From NCBI GenBank assembly GCA_963662265.2, contig CAXXHA010000001.1, forward strand, positions 64,001 through 128,000: a stretch of DNA of 64,000 nucleotides, written 5' to 3'. Source of the DNA: Spirochaetia bacterium (GTDB taxonomy: Bacteria; Spirochaetota; Spirochaetia; CADAEX01). The translations under genes and the position numbers were made by a program. The notes below the pieces were generated by a model that had not been told where the DNA came from, did no database searches, and worked only from the letters and a program-made list of their open reading frames with translations. This document shows, one piece after another, positions 60,219 to 64,000 of this stretch (its first letter is position 1; every line of letters starts with the position of its first letter).

Positions 60219-61439
60219 TTGGAACATTGGAAAATCAATCTGACAACTTTATGGGTATCACAAACTATGTCGATCGCGAGTTTTGGGTTGGGACTTCCAT
60301 TTATTCCCTACTTTATTCAGCAGTTGGGGCTGACAGATCCAACTGAAATCAAAATCTATACAGGGGTACTTGCTGTTGCCCCTGCTGTAACTATGGCTAT
60401 TATGGCTCCCATCTGGGGTTTGCTGTCAGATCGTTTTGGACGGAAAATGATGATTATGCGGGCTATGGGCGCAGCAGTAATCGTTATCGGCTGCATGGGG
60501 CTGGTGAATCACGTATGGCAGCTTGTGGCATTAAGAGCTCTTCAGGGGGCATTTACAGGAACTATTACTGCCTCTACTACTTTTATTGCAGCGAATACCC
60601 CAAAAGAACGTCTGACATATGCCCTTGGGGTTATATCTTCTTCTAATTTTTTAGGTTATTCATTAGGACCTCTTGTGGGGGGGGGTATCGCGGAAGCCTT
60701 TGGCTATCGGGCCAGTTTTTTTACCGGTGCCAGCTTGATGCTTTTGGGCCTTGTTCTTGTTGTTTACTTTGTTAGAGAAGACAAAAGCAGTTATGGGAAA
60801 AAACTTTATAAGCCGGGGATGAAGCCAAAGTGGAATAATATTTTCACACCCTATATTATTCTTTTGCTTTTTATGCTGTTTTTTCAACGTATATCAAGAA
60901 GTGTATTCAGCCCCTATATGCCACTGTATGTACAGGGTGTTCTTGGTGGTATAAAAGGGGCAGCACAGACTACAGGATCTATAAATGGGATAGTTGGTTT
61001 TGCTACAGCCATGGCAGGTATTATATTCGGCCGCTTAGGAGACCGGGTAAATAAAATGAAATTGTCAATTCACTTATTAGCGTTAGGGGTTATACTGAGC
61101 TTCAGCCTGTACTTCGTTAATACTCTGCCATGCTTTATCGGGTTTTATGGACTTTTGTTTTTCTTAATCGGTGGAATAGAACCTGTTATTACATCAAGTA
61201 CTGCAGAGAAGACCCCTGCTAATCATAGAGGTTTTCTTTTTGGAATTCAGGGATTGGCAGGAAGCATCGGGTGGATCATGTCTCCAATTCTTGGTACCTG
61301 TATTTCTATCACCTATGAGATTAAAGCTATTTTGTTTGTTATACCTTGTGTTTTGCTTTGTTCCCTGATAGTTGCGATGACCAGTTTAATATTTGAGAAA
61401 CCAGCTGGTCATTTAGTTTATAAAAATAAGGCGAAATAG
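60219..61439 (+). CDS. MFS transporter (DHA1/MdtG-like)
   Basis: WKINL, PFIPYFI, APIWGLLSDRFGRKMM, RALQG and GPLVGG motifs. Confidence 0.92.
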   Translation: MEHWKINLTTLWVSQTMSIASFGLGLPFIPYFIQQLGLTDPTEIKIYTGVLAVAPAVTMAIMAPIWGLLSDRFGRKMMIMRAMGAAVIVIGCMGLVNHVWQLVALRALQGAFTGTITASTTFIAANTPKERLTYALGVISSSNFLGYSLGPLVGGGIAEAFGYRASFFTGASLMLLGLVLVVYFVREDKSSYGKKLYKPGMKPKWNNIFTPYIILLLFMLFFQRISRSVFSPYMPLYVQGVLGGIKGAAQTTGSINGIVGFATAMAGIIFGRLGDRVNKMKLSIHLLALGVILSFSLYFVNTLPCFIGFYGLLFFLIGGIEPVITSSTAEKTPANHRGFLFGIQGLAGSIGWIMSPILGTCISITYEIKAILFVIPCVLLCSLIVAMTSLIFEKPAGHLVYKNKAK

Positions 61440-61783
61440 GATACTGAACTGGAAAAAACTCCAAAATTCGACAGGTTACCTGAAACGTAAATAAATCTTT
61501 CACTCCTTTTTATTTTCTTTTCTAAAAGATTCAGTTGTTTTTTATTATCTCGTTTTCTTTCTTTAGTAAAAGGATAATTTAAATCAATGATTTTTTTTTA
61601 CAGAATGTTCTTAATACAGTAATTTCAATAAATTACAGATTAAATTGAACATATTTTTCTATCGGCATGTTAAAATATAATCGAAGATATCTACGGACTT
61701 AATAAAACGACACTACGGGATTTAAGAGTAATTTATTTAGTCAAATCCCTTAACAACGAAAATTATCTGCTATAGGTTACAAA

Positions 61784-62740
61784 ATGGATGAAAGAGAATT
61801 TTTATATGTATTGAAAGTTGCAGAAGAAAAATCAATTTCAGAAGCTGCCAGAAAATTATTTATATCACAACCATCATTAAGTCAATATATCAAAAAAATA
61901 GAATATAATATTGACGAACAACTATTTATCAGGACTCATGGTGGGTTTAAATTAACACATGCAGGCAGAAAGTATCTTGAATATTCAAAGAAAATAATTG
62001 ACCTTAAAAAAGGGCTGTCCAAGGAAATAAATGATATCAAGAATTTAAAAACAGGGGAAATTATAATTGGAGTCCCTGTTTACAGAGGATCTTACATACT
62101 CCCGACTATTCTTCCCCATTTTTATAAAAAATATCCTAACATTACAGTAAAAGTAATAGAAGAAAATTCTGAAAGACTTGAACAAATGGTATTAAACGGT
62201 GATATTGAACTTGCTTTTTTATGCCTCCCAATAATATCAGAAGAATTATCGTATGACATCTTGATAAAGGAAGAACTCCTTGTTGCTTTTTCCTCTAATA
62301 ACCCATTATATAAATCACTGAAAAAAGAAAAAAGGAATTCCCTTTCAATCAAAGATTTATTAGATGAAAAAATTATTCTTTTAAAAAAAGGGCAAAGGAT
62401 TCGTTATTATATAGATGAACTTTTTGAAGAACTGAAATGCAGCCCCAAAATAATTCTTGAAACAAAAAGCATTGATACTGCCAAAAGATTATCAGCTCTG
62501 GGAGTAGGAATCACAATTATGCCAGATACTTATGCAAATTATTTCAGAACAAAAATCAATCCGTGTTACATCCCTCTTGATACAAAAAACAAAGAAAGAA
62601 CACTGGTTCTGGCATATAATAATAATTATTATCAGTCAAAATCTCTTCTGGCCTTTAAAGAAATGGCAATTGATAAAATAAAGGAAACATTAGGCAGTCC
62701 ATTCCCTGAAGAAACTCTGCCTAATGATTTTTTTCCTTAA
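61784..62740 (+). CDS. LysR family regulator
   Basis: SISEAARKLFISQPSLSQYI HTH and substrate-binding domain. Confidence 0.94.
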   Translation: MDEREFLYVLKVAEEKSISEAARKLFISQPSLSQYIKKIEYNIDEQLFIRTHGGFKLTHAGRKYLEYSKKIIDLKKGLSKEINDIKNLKTGEIIIGVPVYRGSYILPTILPHFYKKYPNITVKVIEENSERLEQMVLNGDIELAFLCLPIISEELSYDILIKEELLVAFSSNNPLYKSLKKEKRNSLSIKDLLDEKIILLKKGQRIRYYIDELFEELKCSPKIILETKSIDTAKRLSALGVGITIMPDTYANYFRTKINPCYIPLDTKNKERTLVLAYNNNYYQSKSLLAFKEMAIDKIKETLGSPFPEETLPNDFFP

Positions 62741-64000
62741 ACACTTTCTGTCTGCTTCACACTTCTTTTAGATTTTACAAATGGTATCAGTAAAGCTATA
62801 ACTATAATTATACATAGAACTTTTGAAATTGTTGAACCAACAAATATACTATATGAATTGTTAGAAAGGACAAGTGCCTGTCTAAAATTTATTTCCATTG
62901 TTTTACCAACAATCATACCCAGGATAAGAGGAGCAGTAGGTATTTTAACTTTTATAAAAAACATTCCGAGGATCCCGAATATTATCAAAAGGAAAAAATC
63001 TATCACACTGCTTGTGATTGCATAAACCCCGATAAATGACAATCCCAGAATAATGGGATACAGTATTTTGGGTGGAATTGAAAGAACTCTTACCAGAACT
63101 CCTGCAAGAGGAATGTTTATTACAGCAAGAACAACATTGCCTATAAGCATACTTGCCATTAATCCCCATACAATATCAGGATTATTCTGAAAAAGCAAAG
63201 GTCCTGGCTGTAATCCAAGCATCATCAAAGCACCCATCATAACAGCTGTAGTACTTGAACCGGGGATCCCCAGTGTCAGCATAGGAATCATAGAACCTAC
63301 AGATGCAGCATTATTTGCTGATTCAGGAGCAGCTAGACCAATTATTTCACCTTTACCGAATTTATCAGGATCTTTTGCCAGCTGCCTTTCAGTATTATAA
63401 GCCATAAGCGAAGCAATTGTTGCTCCCGCTCCGGGAAGGGCCCCTATTGCAAATCCTAAAGGAGCACTCCTGATGATAGGCATTTTGCATCTTTTCCAAT
63501 CATCTTTAGTTATCCATATTTTACCAAATTTCTTTTTTATTTCCTTCTTACCTTCGTTTATATCTTTATAACACTTAAAAACCTCTACCAGTGCAAATAA
63601 TGCTATTATAACAGTTAAAAATTCAATTCCCTGCTGTAATTCCATTACTCCGAATGTAAACCGGTTTACACCTGATTGAGCATCGAGACCTACTGTTGCT
63701 AAAGCAAGTCCGAAAAACATACTGACAAATCCCTTTATATAATTTCCGCGGGACATGGTAATTGTCATAGCAAGAGCGGCAAGCATTATTAAAAAATATT
63801 CAGCCGGTCCGAATTTTATTGCAAATTTGGCAACAGGAAGAGCTAAAAAGATCATTGCCGCAGTAGCAAGAATACCTCCGACAAATGAAGCAATAGCCGA
63901 TATTGCAAGAGCAGCTTCACTCCTGCCGTTTTTTGTCATTTGATATCCGTCAAAAGTTGCAGCAATCGCCGCCCCGTCTCCTGGTGTATTAATAAGTATT
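62737..64000 (-). CDS. tctA: Tripartite tricarboxylate transporter permease (5'-partial)
   Basis: Open from the window edge (ILINTPGDGAAIAATFDGY); FGPAEYF, APESANNA, LTLGIPGS and QPGPLLF motifs. Confidence 0.93.
   Translation of the reverse strand, partial: ILINTPGDGAAIAATFDGYQMTKNGRSEAALAISAIASFVGGILATAAMIFLALPVAKFAIKFGPAEYFLIMLAALAMTITMSRGNYIKGFVSMFFGLALATVGLDAQSGVNRFTFGVMELQQGIEFLTVIIALFALVEVFKCYKDINEGKKEIKKKFGKIWITKDDWKRCKMPIIRSAPLGFAIGALPGAGATIASLMAYNTERQLAKDPDKFGKGEIIGLAAPESANNAASVGSMIPMLTLGIPGSSTTAVMMGALMMLGLQPGPLLFQNNPDIVWGLMASMLIGNVVLAVINIPLAGVLVRVLSIPPKILYPIILGLSFIGVYAITSSVIDFFLLIIFGILGMFFIKVKIPTAPLILGMIVGKTMEINFRQALVLSNNSYSIFVGSTISKVLCIIIVIALLIPFVKSKRSVKQTESV

Noticed and set aside
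1-64000. CRISPR array, rRNA, prophage or defence system
   Set aside because: No regularly spaced repeats, rRNA-like sequence, or phage/cas/defence motifs were seen.

Overview
AT-rich window from a free-living spirochaete, inferred from the FlcA-like flagellar collar gene, the twin-CBM48 protein and the PPi-PEPCK. 0-16.3 kb is an iron-acquisition region: chaN, flavodoxin, a DUF2023-DUF2325 fusion, HD-GYP, an enlarged FeoB with two FeoA, paired DUF4198 and FpvJ-like exported proteins, an FMN-binding protein and an orphan metal-binding lipoprotein. Five promoters there carry the palindrome TTAGW-N4-WCTAA. A sixth copy of that box sits on a ~170-nt, four-hairpin, terminated non-coding unit at 20.5-20.7 kb, a candidate RyhB/FsrA-like iron-sparing sRNA. 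16-34.6 kb is mostly core genes (flcA, pdxST, coaX, galE, gpgS, PPi-PEPCK, KamA-like radical SAM). tRNA-Pro(GGG) is followed by an island with an intact IS, a glucitol-family PTS lacking srlD, IS remnants and a MITE. 45.5-58.7 kb is a co-oriented amino-acid cluster (symporter, amidohydrolase, class-III aminotransferase, asd, aspartokinase, class-I/II aminotransferase, PEPCK) with a duplicated sigma54/RocR-type control block, possibly a diaminobutyrate catabolic route. The window ends with a second MITE, a NiCo-type riboswitch before a broken CDF gene, MFS, LysR and a partial tctA. Several single-base-insertion frameshifts look like sequencing errors. All family calls are from motif recognition by eye; no searches were run.
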